Assembly (NCBI GenBank): GCA_037447605.1
Contig: CM074812.1
Location: 2,418,001 to 2,482,000, forward strand
Source: Zygnema circumcarinatum SAG 698-1b
Lineage: Eukaryota > Plantae > Zygnematophyceae
Length of the DNA: 64,000 bases
Direction of reading: 5' to 3'
The notes under the pieces were generated by a model, which was given only the letters and a program-made list of their open reading frames with translations, did not search any database and was not told the DNA's origin. Made by a program: the position numbers and the translations under genes. Below, piece by piece: positions 36,501 through 48,389 of the stretch. Position 1 is the stretch's first letter. The number at the start of each line of letters is the position of its first letter.

Positions 36501-38732
36501 ACCGTATCCGTCATAATCACCATTTTGTCGTTTTTCCACTAACGACACTGCCACCCTGGCATCACCCACCTTCGCACAAATCATGACATCAGCGTCGTCA
36601 TTTAGTGCGTCAGATCCGTCCGCTGTGTCGCTGGGCGGCAGCATCGAATCTCCTGAGTCCTAAAGCCGACAAAATGTGGTACCAAAATTCGCTGAGTTTC
36701 CGCGAAGCTTCGAAGTGCCTCCAGGGCGAGGAACTGTCAGCATGTCGGGAAAAAAAAAATTCAGCCAAACAAAAAACAAAACAAAAAAACTGCACGAAAA
36801 CTGGGATAAAACTGAACTAAACTTGAACAAAAATTGAACTAAAAGAACTGGAACTAAAACGGGATGCAGCGTAACTGGGATCGTAACTGGAACTTGTAGC
36901 AATGTACATAGAAAACCCTAAAAACCCTAAAAACCCTAAAAACTCTAAAAACCCTAAAAACCATAAAACCCTATGTACATATGCACAATGTACAGCACAT
37001 TGTTTCAAACATGGAAATGTTGTTATTCGCTTCCTTCCTCAGACACTCCTTTGAGAAATCGTTCTTTGTGGTTTCTTATGTTGTTGTTGTCCATGTACAT
37101 TTGATGGCCTTATTGCCATCGTGAGGTCAATGCCAATATCCTTCTTCTATGAGAGATAGACATTAGACATGGATTGGGCAATCGGCATGAGTCTAGCGCA
37201 TGGCGATGATGCCATGAATGGGACATGCACATCAACAACAACAACAATATGGGGAACCACAAGGATCCGCTCACAAAGAAAGGACCAAGGAGAGAAAGAA
37301 AGAAAGAAAGGAGGAGAAAAGAAAATAAAAACACATGAGTGGAACTTTGCTTCTAAGCCCCACAACAACATCGAGAACGTGGCTCAGTTTTTTGGGTCTA
37401 GGGTTCTGGGTTTAGTGTTTAGGGTTTAGGGTAAGGCTTATGGTTTAGGGTTTAGGAGGGTTTTGGGTTTAGGTTTTAGGGTCTAGGGTTTAGGGTTAAG
37501 GTTTTAGGGTCGAGAGTTTAGGGTTTAGGGTTTGGGGTTTAGGATTTAGGGTTTTGGATTTTAGAGTTTGTAGGCGGCACAAACATTGTTCATTGCTCCT
37601 TCAAACATTGTTTGATGCCCAAATGCAGACCACACGGTCTGGCACGGGCGAGGGAAGGGACGAGGGAATAGGTAGGTCGGCATAGTAGGTCGGTTGATTA
37701 GGTCGGTCGAATATTGGTTGCTGTCTTAGGTCGGTAAGAAAGGTCGGTTTCGCATGCCTAGTGTCGGTGTGGCGGCGCCCCCCGGTCGTTTTGTCGGTGG
37801 TTCTGTTATCGCTATTTTGGCCGTACGACTCTTTCGAACCTGTTTGTACAAAAATGGTCCGATGTGTACGAAGTATGGGGCTTTTCCGAGAGAGGTGCCT
37901 TCTGTATAGACACAAAACGACACAATTGCCGCCCTTTCTGTCACACAGTACGGTAAATATACGGACAGAAAAGCTCGAATACGCCAAAGTCTTGTCCTGG
38001 GCGGTATGGTATGTCGCCATCCCAAAGGGCATCAGACTTGAAAGTTGTTCGTAAGTTTGAGTACAGAACGAGTACTTTGGTAAGCAGAAAATTAGAGGAC
38101 GGTGGAGTACCGAAAACGTTTTGTTCTTAAGATTTTGATAAGTCTGACACCACCTAAAATATATCCTCAAAACGACAAAAAGTGGGAGTCAGAAAAAATC
38201 TTTCCGGTTCGCCTTGGCCACGTTTTTGGTCGCTTTCGGCTCCCAGCGGTCTGTACAAATCCGTACGGGTGAAAGGGTTATGCAATGAGAGGCCGCCACG
38301 TGTACACATGTAAACATGGTCAGCTAATGGACGTGCGCGATTGCAGCTCGGGATTTGCTTTGTAGGGTTTTTAGGGTTCCTGAGGTGGCAATCCCGTTCA
38401 GTTCTTGTGTCAGTTGCAGTTCTGTAAAAAGAAACTCGTTAACGCTCAGTGACAGATAACATCACACAAACTGTGAATTTGAACTTTCCAACGTCGCATG
38501 GAACGCCTCGGCTTGTGCTGTGCAACAAACCGTACAATTCATGGACTTGTACGGAATGCGGAGGTTCACAAAGAGGCGGCCATGTACAGTGTACTCTCGT
38601 TATAATGACATTGTTTTATAATGGCACAGTGGATATACTGACCTTTTTTCCGGAACGGAATTGTACCACTGCAGATCCTGCGCCAGTAGTGACGCGGATT
38701 ACTGATGTAATGACATATGAAAAGCCCTAATT

Positions 38733-38889
38733 CTAGGGCTGCGTTGTTGTGCCTAGGCGTAGTTTTCCGCTCCTAGCTTTGTTTTATTGTGTTTCGGTCC
38801 TTTGTGACCAGTCCTTCGTGGTTCCACATTTTGCCTTTATCCATGTACATTTGATGGCCTCGCCATCGCGAGTTCAATGAAAGTTTGCT
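38733..38889 (+). mobile_element. 157-bp retroposed element equal to the 3' tail of the CRE-like LINE, with a 7-bp TSD
   Basis: Nearly identical to ~49650-49795. Flanked by CCTAATT at 38726-38732 and 38890-38896. Confidence 0.75.
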
Positions 38890-39649
38890 CCTAATTGTTA
38901 CTATATATTCAAAATCTCGATATTATCCACCCACGTATCGGAATTACGTTACAAATATATTACGACCGTACACATTATCGACAAATACCGTCAGATATCG
39001 ACGTGACCGTACACATCAACTTGACCGTACACAAGCTCACTAGGGTTCGTACACACTTACCCGCGTGACAACTGCCCAAAAGTACAATGTACGGTATCAA
39101 AGGTGTACGGATATACCGCAAAATCATCTGTAATAACCTTGCCACTATACATATGAAGTGACAAACGGGTCATTACGGATATAGTGACACAAATATGTGG
39201 GGACCGACATGGTCACTATAACGCGAGTACACTGTAGTCACTTAGCGCCGTTTGGCCGGTTCGCCTTCGCGTCCGTACAAGTTCCCAGAACTTGTCTCCG
39301 CGGTTCGCGCGAATCCGTTTTCGCGCCTTACTGAAACGTTCTCAGTTGCAGTTACGAATTGCGTCCGTGAACAATTGTCACGTCGCGCCTCTGTTCACAT
39401 TCCGCGCTCCGCGCCCCGTAGTCGCGCGCGCGTCGCCGTCGTCCGTACGCCCGAAAGATGTTCGGTTCGTCACGTCACGGTACCAAGGACTTTAACTCCG
39501 CGTCCGCGCCCGCGCGACCCTTTTTGTCCGCGCCTAAGTCCTTCATACACTAGAAAGACTGTCCCATAAAGTTGTGCAATCACTAGCGTTGCACAACAGG
39601 GAGGAACGTAAGGGAACGGTATAAATTGATTTGTACGGCGTTATATGAC

Positions 39650-39780
39650 GTCCGCGGTGGCCTTCTATTGGTTACAGCCCACGGTTAGGCCGTGTGGGAA
39701 CCAGGGATCCGGAGGTCAAATCCTGTGGCAGCGGTAGGCCCTAGCTGGGGCCGTGGACAACTACCCACTGACTGACTGAC
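39650..39780 (+). mobile_element. Possible tRNA-derived SINE
   Basis: A-box-like GGTGGCCttctattGG, stem cccacgg...ccgtgtggg, B-box-like GGAGGTCAAATCC, and a 3' (ACTG)n tail. Too degenerate to be a tRNA gene. Confidence 0.35.
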
Positions 39781-40384
39781 GGTTCGACGGGGTGAGCGCG
39801 TACGGGCGAGAATTGAGTGGGCGCAGCGCCCATTCAGTCCGAAAACCGGCATTTATTGGGTTTTTCGCAGCGAGCGGAGGTCCTCTATCAGCTTTTCCGA
39901 CAAGTTTTCTAACACCTTGTTTTCATTGGTTCTCTCCGACTCAAGGTGGCTGGTGCTACTATCTCATCGTTCAACATGAACAATGTGGTTCATGGTAATG
40001 GTCATTGGTCATGGTGACCATGGTCGTTATTGATGGTGATCAATATCATTGGTCATGATGAACATGTGGTTAATAATAGTCATTGGTCACTGGTCATGGT
40101 GACATTGGTCATTGGTCATTTCGACAATGGTCATAGTATGCACCAATGTTGCCTATTCTTCCATCCCAATCACTTGATTGGGCAGGATACCGTCTGCCTT
40201 CATTAAGCGCAGTAGTTGTGGAGTCATTCATTCCAAGTTCTTGTTTTATTTGCTTGATGTTAGCCGTGTTCCGCCTTCAGTGCTTAGGACTGCCTGCTTG
40301 CTGCTCCATACAAAGGCGAGGGCTGACTGTCTGCGGATATTCTACCCTTGAAGACAGTCAGGATTTGATGATGCATGAGGTACA

Positions 40385-40521
40385 TAATGTACGAATTCCG
40401 GGTCGGGATCCGCGGCTCCACCGTACACAGCCGTACCGAAATGCGTACCCAGCCAATGCTGAATTCGCCCGACAGGCTTACGAAATTGGTTTGGCAATGG
40501 TCAAGGTCTGACTCCCCCTAA
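40385..40521 (-). mobile_element. Truncated copy of the MITE found intact at 57204-57414
   Basis: Reverse-complement similarity to the left part of that MITE, ending in gtctgactcccccta. Confidence 0.7.
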
Positions 40522-41518
40522 TGGTTGTGGTACTCAATTCAATGTGGGATCCGCTGCACTAGAGTAGTACAACATCTCAAGTTCTTGTTGGGGCAATGCA
40601 ATTGGCATTGGTCAGAGGGACGGGGAGGGGGCGGGGGAGAGAGAAAGAGCATCGCAACGGCGATAATTTTTTTTTATCTTTTCATGAAAAGATACGTTGA
40701 ATTTAACAAAATCGACCCACAAAACAAATGTCCTCAGTACCTCAATAGAGGCCTTCCGTCACTAATCGAATTTCCATAGTTGCGAGAAACGGTTTTTTAT
40801 TTACGTGTGTACAATACTCAGTTTTAAAAGCCCTCCTAATGCCCACATAGTTCTGAGGGCTCAGAGCACATCCCTTTACCCACCGCCCCATCTCCTCCCT
40901 CTCCCTCTCCCTCTCCCCATCCCTCTTCCTCTCCCTCTCCCTCTCCCCATCCCTCTCCCTCTCCCTCTCCCCATCCCTCTTCCTCTCCCTCTCCCTCTCC
41001 CTCTCCCTCTCCCTCTCCTCTCCCTCTCCCTCTCCCTCTCCCTCTCCCCATCCCTCTCCCTCTCCCTCTCCCTCTCCCCATCCCTCTCCTCCTCCCTCCC
41101 TCCGCCCCTCCCTTTCTCTCCCTCTCCCCATCCCTCTCCCTTCCTCCGCCCCTCCCTTTCCCTCCCTCTCCCCATCCCTCTCTTCCTCCGCCCCTCCCTT
41201 TCCCTCCCTCTCCCCATCCCTCTCCCTCTCCCTCTCCCTCTCCCTCTCCCCATCCCTCTCCCTCTCCCTCTCCCCATCCCTCTCCCTCTCCCCATCCCTC
41301 TTCCTCTCCCTCTCCCTCTCCCCATCCCTCTTCCTCTCCCTCTCCCTCTCCCTCTCCCCATCCCTCTCCCTCTCCCTCTCCCTCTCCCTCTCCCCATCCC
41401 TCTCCCTCTCCCTCTCCCCATCCCTCTTCCTCTCCCTCTCCCTCTCCCTCTCCCCATCCCTCTCCCTCTCCCTCTCCCTCTCCCTCTCCCCATCCCTCTC
41501 CCTCTCCCTCTCCCTCAC

Positions 41519-44500
41519 CTTGTTCTTTAGCTGCAGCGGCCCGTCTCCCCCCTTGGGCGCTATCCCCGCGCTCTCGACTGTAGCGTCCCACTCCGCCGCG
41601 CTACAGTCCGCTACAGCCGCCCCCTTCCGTTCCTTGGCGGCCAACGCCACGGCCGTTCCGTCCAACGGATTCGCCGTTACGTCCGACTCAAAATCGAACA
41701 TGGAATCTCGGCCCGACCCCAAGTACTCCAAAGGGTTGGGGACGACGCCGCCTGCCAAATGTAGGGTTTTAGGGTTTAGGGTTTAGGGTTTAGGGACTAG
41801 GGAGGTGCGGTTTAAGGAGTAGGGATGAAGGGTTTAAGGATTCAGATTAGGGCTTTTGGGTTAAGGGCTTAGGATTGGAGATTTAGGGTTTCGGGATAAG
41901 GATTAGGGTTTAAGGAACAGAAACAGGAACAGAATTGTAGGGTTAGGGTTTCAGAGAAGGGTTTAAGGATTCAGATTAGGGCTTTTGGGTTAAGGGCTTA
42001 GGATTGGAGATTTAGGGTTTCGGGATAAGGATTAGGGTTTAAGGAACAGAAACAGGAACAGAATTGTAGGGTTAGGGTTTCAGAGAAGGGTTTAAGGATT
42101 CAGATTAGGGCTTTTGGGTTAAGGGCTTAGGATTGGAGATTTAGGGTTTCGGGATAAGGATTAGGGTTTAAGGAACAGAAACAGGAACAGAATTGTAGGG
42201 TTAGGGTTTCAGAGAAGGGTTTAAGGATTCAGATCAGGATTTCTGAGGATTAGGGTTTTAAGGTTTCGGGCTGAGAATTAGGGTTTTTGAAGATTTGAGG
42301 TTCACCATTATGGTGTTAGGGTTTCAGGGTTTAAGATAAGCGTTTGAGGGTTAGAGTAATCCGACGAAATCTTACCCCTCCATATCCTGTCTTTGACTTT
42401 CTATCATTAAACTTCAACTTCAACTTTCAATTTCAACTTTTTTTTACATTACCCCAACAACTTGTTCTATTCTATTCCATTCCATTCACTTTCATTCCAT
42501 AAATTTTTTTTTTTTTTTTTTCTGTCCTTACCCGGCTCCATCGCCGAGACCGGCACTGCGTGCAGAGTGCAGTGCATGCGTCGCGGTCCGCGCGTTCCGA
42601 GAACGTTCAGTTCATAGGCGAGGCCAGCCACTGGGAGGCTGCCACCTGGCAGGGACTTAGAAGAAGGCTGACGTGGCAGGGGGCGAGGACGTGGAGGGGC
42701 CTTATTGGTGGGAAGGGAGGAGGAGGAGGCGGCGGCGAATGAGGAAGCGACACCTGGCGGGGTCGGGGTGTCGAAGATGGTGAAGCGAGTGCCGAGGAAG
42801 CTTGAGCTGGAGGAGAGGGAGGGTGGAGGGGGGAGGGTGTGAGGGAGGGTGTGAGGGAGGGAGGGAGGGAGGGAGGGAGGGAGGGAGGGAGGGAGGGAGG
42901 GAGGGAGGGAGGGAGGAGGGGAGAGGGAGGAGGGGAGAGGGAGGGAGGGAGGGAGGGAGGGAGGGAGGAGGGAGGGAGGAGGGAGGGAGGGAGGGAGGGA
43001 GGGAGGGAGGGAGGGAGGGAGGGAGGGAGGGAGGGAGGGAGGGAGGGAGGGAGGGAGGGAGGGAGGGAGGGAGGAGGGAGGGAGGGAGGGAGGGAGAGGG
43101 AGGGAGGGAGGGAGGGAGGGAGGGAGGGAGGGAGGGAGGGAGGGAGGGAGGGAGGGAGGGAGGGAGGGAGGGAGGGAGGGAGGGAGGAGGTCTAAGAACT
43201 GGGGAAAGAGCGAGCGGGAGTAGGAGTGGGGAAAGGGAGTGGGGAGGTCGGAGTGTGGGAGAGAGAAAGAGGACGGGGCAGATCCGAGGGAGTGGTGGGG
43301 GGGCTTGGGAGACGGAGAGGGAGAGGGGAGACAGGGGGGGAGAGAGAGAGAGGGGTTGGGAAGAGAGCAAAAATGCGAAGGGAGGTTGGAGGGGGGAAGA
43401 AAGAGGAGAAGGAGGTCGAAGGAGTGGAGGGTGGGGAGAGGAAGAGGGAGAGAGAAAGAGAGAGAGAGAGGAAGAGGGGGGCACGCTGGCGACATACCGC
43501 AGTCGGCCAACATAACTGCAGCCCCCTCGCGACATATCGTCCATATCGAGCGATATGATGTAGTCGGTGCAAGTCGCCCTCCGGCACTTCCGGGCAGCAA
43601 GCAAAAATTTTCCGTTCTCGACCGGAGCTGTAGGAGGAGGGGAGAGGGAGGGAGGGAGAGGTTTAGAGTGGAGGGAGAGGGGGAGGGGAGAGGGAGGAGA
43701 GAGGCAGAGGGAGAAGGGGGGTTTGAGGGGAGAGGGAGAGAAGGGAAGGAGGAGTCGGAGAAGTGGAAGGGGGGCGAGAGGACGAGGAAGAGAGGAAGAA
43801 AGGGAAAGGGAGAGAAAGGGGGAGAAAGGAAGAGAAATAGAGAGAGGGTTTGGGAAGAGTGGAAAGTGCGAAGGGGAGGTTGGCGGGAGAGGGGGGAGAG
43901 AGAAGGGGAGATTTGAGGAAGTGGTGGCAGAGAAGGTAGGGGGGAGGTGGGAGCGAGGGGGGGGGAGAGAGTGAGAGTGAGAAAACGGGTTGGGGTTTGG
44001 AAAGTGAAGAAAGAGCAAAGGGGACGGTGGTGGGAGATGGGGGAAGAGATAGAGGGGTAGAAGTGGGGCAGGCGGGGGGTTGGGGCGAAGGTAGGAAAGA
44101 AGTGGCAAAAGAAGTTAAAAAGAGAGATATGAAAGAGGAATAGAAATACGAAGAAAAAATCTAAGAATTTCAGAATCATCCCTACTTTTCGGGTTTTCAG
44201 TAATCCGGGCTTTACGGAAAGGAGAGCGCATGGATTGTGTAAGTGGATTACATCACTGTGAGAGCAACATCACTCGCGGTAGGAGATTCTCCGACACGTC
44301 AACATCACTTTGACGCCTTCTACATCACTGGCTTAAACTCAGAAACCACATCAAGAATCTTTACATCACCTGAAGTTGTACTTAAATCAACTGCTCTCCA
44401 TCACCCTCTCTTTCTCTCTTCCTCCCTCCCTACCTCCTCTTCTGCCTTTTCCTCACTCATTCTCTCCAACACCGCCCCCCTTCCCACACTCCATCTCCCT

Positions 44501-46354
44501 CTCCGCCTTCCTGTTCACTCCCCCACTTCTCTCTCTGCTTCCCTCCCCCTCTCCTGGCCCACTTCCCCTTCTCCCTTTTCCCCCACTCGGCCCTCCCACC
44601 TCACCCACTGCCTCTCCCTCCCATCTGCCTCCCTCTATTCTCCCGGAGCTCCCCTTCCCGCTGCCCTCTCTCTCTCTCTCTCTCTCCCTCTCCTCCCCCA
44701 GCGCCCCCATCCTCTTCTCACTCACTCACTCTCCCTCCCACCTCTATCAACACATCGCATAAACTCCTGGTCAGACACATACCCAATCACCTAAATGTCA
44801 GTAAGAAAAAATAAACTAATATACAAAGCAGACCCAAACGAAACCCTTAACCCTCACCCTAACCCTAACCTTAGCCCTTACCCTTATTTCTACGCCAACC
44901 CATATCGCACTTAAAAGTTAAAACAAAAACATCAAAAAAGAAAAACAAGGGAAACTTAAAGATTAGCAAACTCATAAGTTTACTTACATGGCGGCAGCCC
45001 GAGAAAGAGACGATACGTTGAATTCGAGCGGTCCCGTTTTATGAAACAAAGGATCGCATTTTCTCGCGGGCCCGGCTGCGTGAAAAAAAAAAACCTCCGT
45101 TTCAGACAACAGATAAACATAAAACCTTTCTCTCGCTCTCTCTCTCTCTTTCTCTCTCTCCCTTTACCTCTCCCACTCTCCCTCCTTCCACAGCTCTACT
45201 CGTCTCTCCTCCCTCCATTCCCTCTCCTCAGCCCTTCTCTTTCCATCCCACTCTCCTCCATCCTCTCCGCCTGTCTGATACTTCCTACTCCCTTTCCCCC
45301 CTTCTCCATCACTCCGCTTCCAAAAAAGATTCAAAAAAGAAATGAATAAAATAGATTAATATTTTGGGTCCTTCCATTCGCTGCTTACCACCCCTCCCTT
45401 TCTCTCACTGTACTCCCCACCTCCCCTCCCACTCCCCTGTCCTCTCCCAATCCCCTTCCCCTACCTCCCTCAACCCTCCCACCTCTCCTCACTCTCCACC
45501 TCTCGCTTTCTTTACCTCCCACTACCCTTCCCACCCACACCCACGCTCCTCTCCCCTCTCTAGCCCCCCTCTCTGCAAATCCCACCCTCCATCTCCCACC
45601 CCTCCGTTTTTTCCTCCCATCGTACCTTCTTCCTCTCCCTCTTCCTCCCTCCCTCCCTCCCTAGTCCCCCTTCCCTCCCCCTTTCCTCCCTCCCCCTCCT
45701 CCGTCCCTCCCTCTCACACCTCCTTTCCTTCCCTCTTTCCCCCTCCCCTCCTCCCTCCCTCCCCCTCCCCTCTCCTCCCCTCTCCTCCCCTCCTCCTCTT
45801 TCCCCCCCCCCCTCCCTCCCTCCCTCCCCCTCCCGCCCTCNNNNNNNNNNCCTCTTTCCCCCCCCCCCTCCCTCCCTCCCTCCCCCTCCCGCCCTCCCTC
45901 TCACCCCCTCCCCTCCTCTCTCCCCCTTCCCTCCTCCCTTTCCCCCCCCCTCTCTCACCATCTTGAGCGAGAGCGGGAAGGAGATGCATCCGGAGGCCTC
46001 GGGGCTCTTCACAACCTCCGAAGCGACCTCCCTCCAAAGTCGGCAAACTGCGGCACATGACAGTAAGCTACGACGGAACGGCAAACTGCTCTCCCCCGCC
46101 TCCACAAGGAGCAGCACGTCCCGGAGGAGCTCTGAAGGCATGGCCGCCCACCGACTGGTGCTGCACTCATCGCTGCTCACTGCAGCGTTACTGTTACAGT
46201 TTCCGTTATGGGTAACGCTTCCATGGGCTTTACTATGACAGTTTGCACCGACAACGGTGGTGTCGCTGTTACCGTCGCCGTTACCGTTTCGGTTTCCGTT
46301 AGGGCTGACGGCGACATGGAGCGTGGGAGACTCCGGAGAGGCCTCCTCCGCCAT
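41519..46354 (-). CDS. TLP: F-box Tubby-like protein, 3'-incomplete. Exons 45959-46354, 44988-45075, 43498-43627, 42532-42806, 41519-41751; terminal exon(s) not found
   Basis: F-box [13 protein letters not shown]...[10 protein letters not shown]...FPLSLKM|[16 protein letters not shown]...[25 protein letters not shown]...[16 protein letters not shown]...PLQLKNK match plant TLP motifs. Junctions are GT-AG and in phase. Confidence 0.92.
41762..42350. repeat. Telomere-derived intronic array containing a 129-bp higher-order repeat (three copies plus a partial)
   Basis: agggtttaaggattcag starts at 41829, 41958, 42087 and 42216. Confidence 0.92.
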
Positions 46355-48039
46355 GGCCGCGAGGACGGTCAGAGTTTGGCCAAGCTCTGCAAGTTCGCTG
46401 TACTTTCAGTTTCAGTTTCAGTTTCAGTTAGGTTTGATGTCCGTTCAGTGGGGCTCGAGCAGGAAGGGGAGTCCGGAAGGGAGGGGGCGGGTGAAGGGAT
46501 GGGGGAGAGGGAGAAGGAGAGGGAGAGGGAGGGAGAGAGGAATGGGAGAGGGAGAGGGAGGGGAGTGGGAGAGGCTGGGGGAGAGTGGGAGAGGGAGAGA
46601 GGGAGGGGGAGGGGGAAAGGAGTGGGAGAGAGGGAGAGGGAGAGGGGGGGAGGGAGAGGGAGGGGAAGGGGGAGAGGAGTGGGAGAGAGGGAGATGGAGA
46701 GAGGGAGACGAGGGAGTGAGGGGGAGTGGGAGAGAAGAGATAAGAGGGAAAGGACGAGGAAGTGGTGAGCGGTGAGAAATGAGAGGGAGATAAAGGGGGG
46801 GAGGAGAGGAAGAGGCGAAGGAGAGGGATGGGGAGAAGGGGAGAGGGGCGGGAGGATGAGATAGTGGGAGATGGAGAGGAGAGGAGAGGTAGAGGGAGAC
46901 GGAGAGGGAGATGGAGATGGAGAGGGAGAGGGAGAGGGAGGGAAGGGGAGAGGTAGAGGGGGGAGGAGAGGGGGCAGGAAGGGGGAGGGGGAGAGAGTGG
47001 GAGTGGTGATAGGAGAGGGGAGGGAAAGAGCGAGGAGAAGAGAGCGAGAGAAAAGAAAAGTGGGAAACGGGGAAGGGAAAGATTGAGAGAAAGAGAGGGA
47101 GTGGGAGACAAGGAGGGAGAGAGCGAGAGAGACACAGCGAGAGAGGAAGAGAGAGACAGTGAGTGAGAGAGAAAGCGAGAGAGAGAGAGACAGAGCGAGG
47201 GAGAGAGAGAGAGACAGAGAGAGAGGGAGAGAGAGATACAGAGAGAGAGAGAGGGAGGGACACGGCGAGAGAGGAGAGAGACACAGAGAGAGAGACAGCG
47301 AGAGAGAGAGAGCGAGAGAGTGAGCGAGAGCGAGGGAGAGAGACAGACAGAGACAGAGGGGAGAGGGAGAGAGTGGGAGAGGCAATATAAGAGGTGCAGT
47401 TTTAGGGTTTGCGGAGCCGACTTCTCCCCGCCTTGTATCCGTCCCGTCCGTCCTGTCTGGCGAAATCCGGGCAGCGTAAAAAACATTTAAAAACATTTTA
47501 TCGTTCTTGATAGCCAATGGTGTGATCGCTTGTGGATAGACATTTGTTTAGATTTCTGCCCGAAGCCGTTATTTCAGATGCCCGGAAACATTGTTCCCAC
47601 AAATTTGAGGAATAATATATTTCTATTCTGGTACACTGGATTTCCCCATTCCAAAAATTCAAATCTTTCGTCCTGCCCGCCCGCAAGCGTGCGAAGCCTT
47701 TTGAATGTTATTTCCTGCCCGTACGGTTTTCTTGCAACCTCGTTTGTCAAAGAAACCTGGAAAAATAAACAAAGTCATTTTTTCCGATCCACTAAAAATT
47801 TCAAACCTGGTTCTTTTTCTCAATTGTAAAATCGAGTATCCAATAGAATATTGCCAATTTTTTTACAAACTTGTCCACGTGGCGAGCTTCAATTGGTCGA
47901 TGTTCGACGGTTAAGTTTTCTACCTTTTTGGACGACGCAGGTCACGGGTTCAAGTGCGGCTTTGTTGAATAGCCAACCATTGCTAACCATTGGATGCATT
48001 GGTTGGAAGCAGTGGATTCAGTGGTTGGAAGCACGGAAC

Positions 48040-48320
48040 TCAATGGGTGGAACCGTTGGGTTCAATGGTTGGCATCATTGTGTTCAACGGTTGGAACCAG
48101 AGGATGCAACAGTTGGAACTATGAGATTCAAAGGTTGGCATCATTGTGTTCAACGGTTGGAACCAGAGGATGCAACGGTTGGAACTATTGGATGCAATGG
48201 TTGGCATCATTGTGTTCAACGGTTGGAACCAGAGGATGCAACGGTTGGAACTGTGGGATTTAAAGGTTGGCATCATTGTGTTCGACGGTTGGAACCAGAG
48301 GATTCAATGGTTGGCACCAT
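48040..48320. repeat. 66-bp tandem repeat (~3.5 copies)
   Basis: ggcatcattgtgttc starts at 48071, 48137, 48203 and 48269. Confidence 0.9.
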
Positions 48321-48389
48321 CGGATTCTTTGATTGTCAACCATTGAACTCAATAGTTGTAACTATTAACTCTCCCTCCTAACCCTGCTT

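Noticed and set aside
39650-39735. Functional tRNA gene
   Set aside because: The T-loop lacks the TTC consensus and the acceptor stem pairs poorly; kept only as a possible SINE.
47851-48381. ORF with 22-aa repeats (WHHCVQRLEPEDATVGT...)
   Set aside because: Simple translation of the 66-bp tandem repeat, with no splice context or domain similarity.
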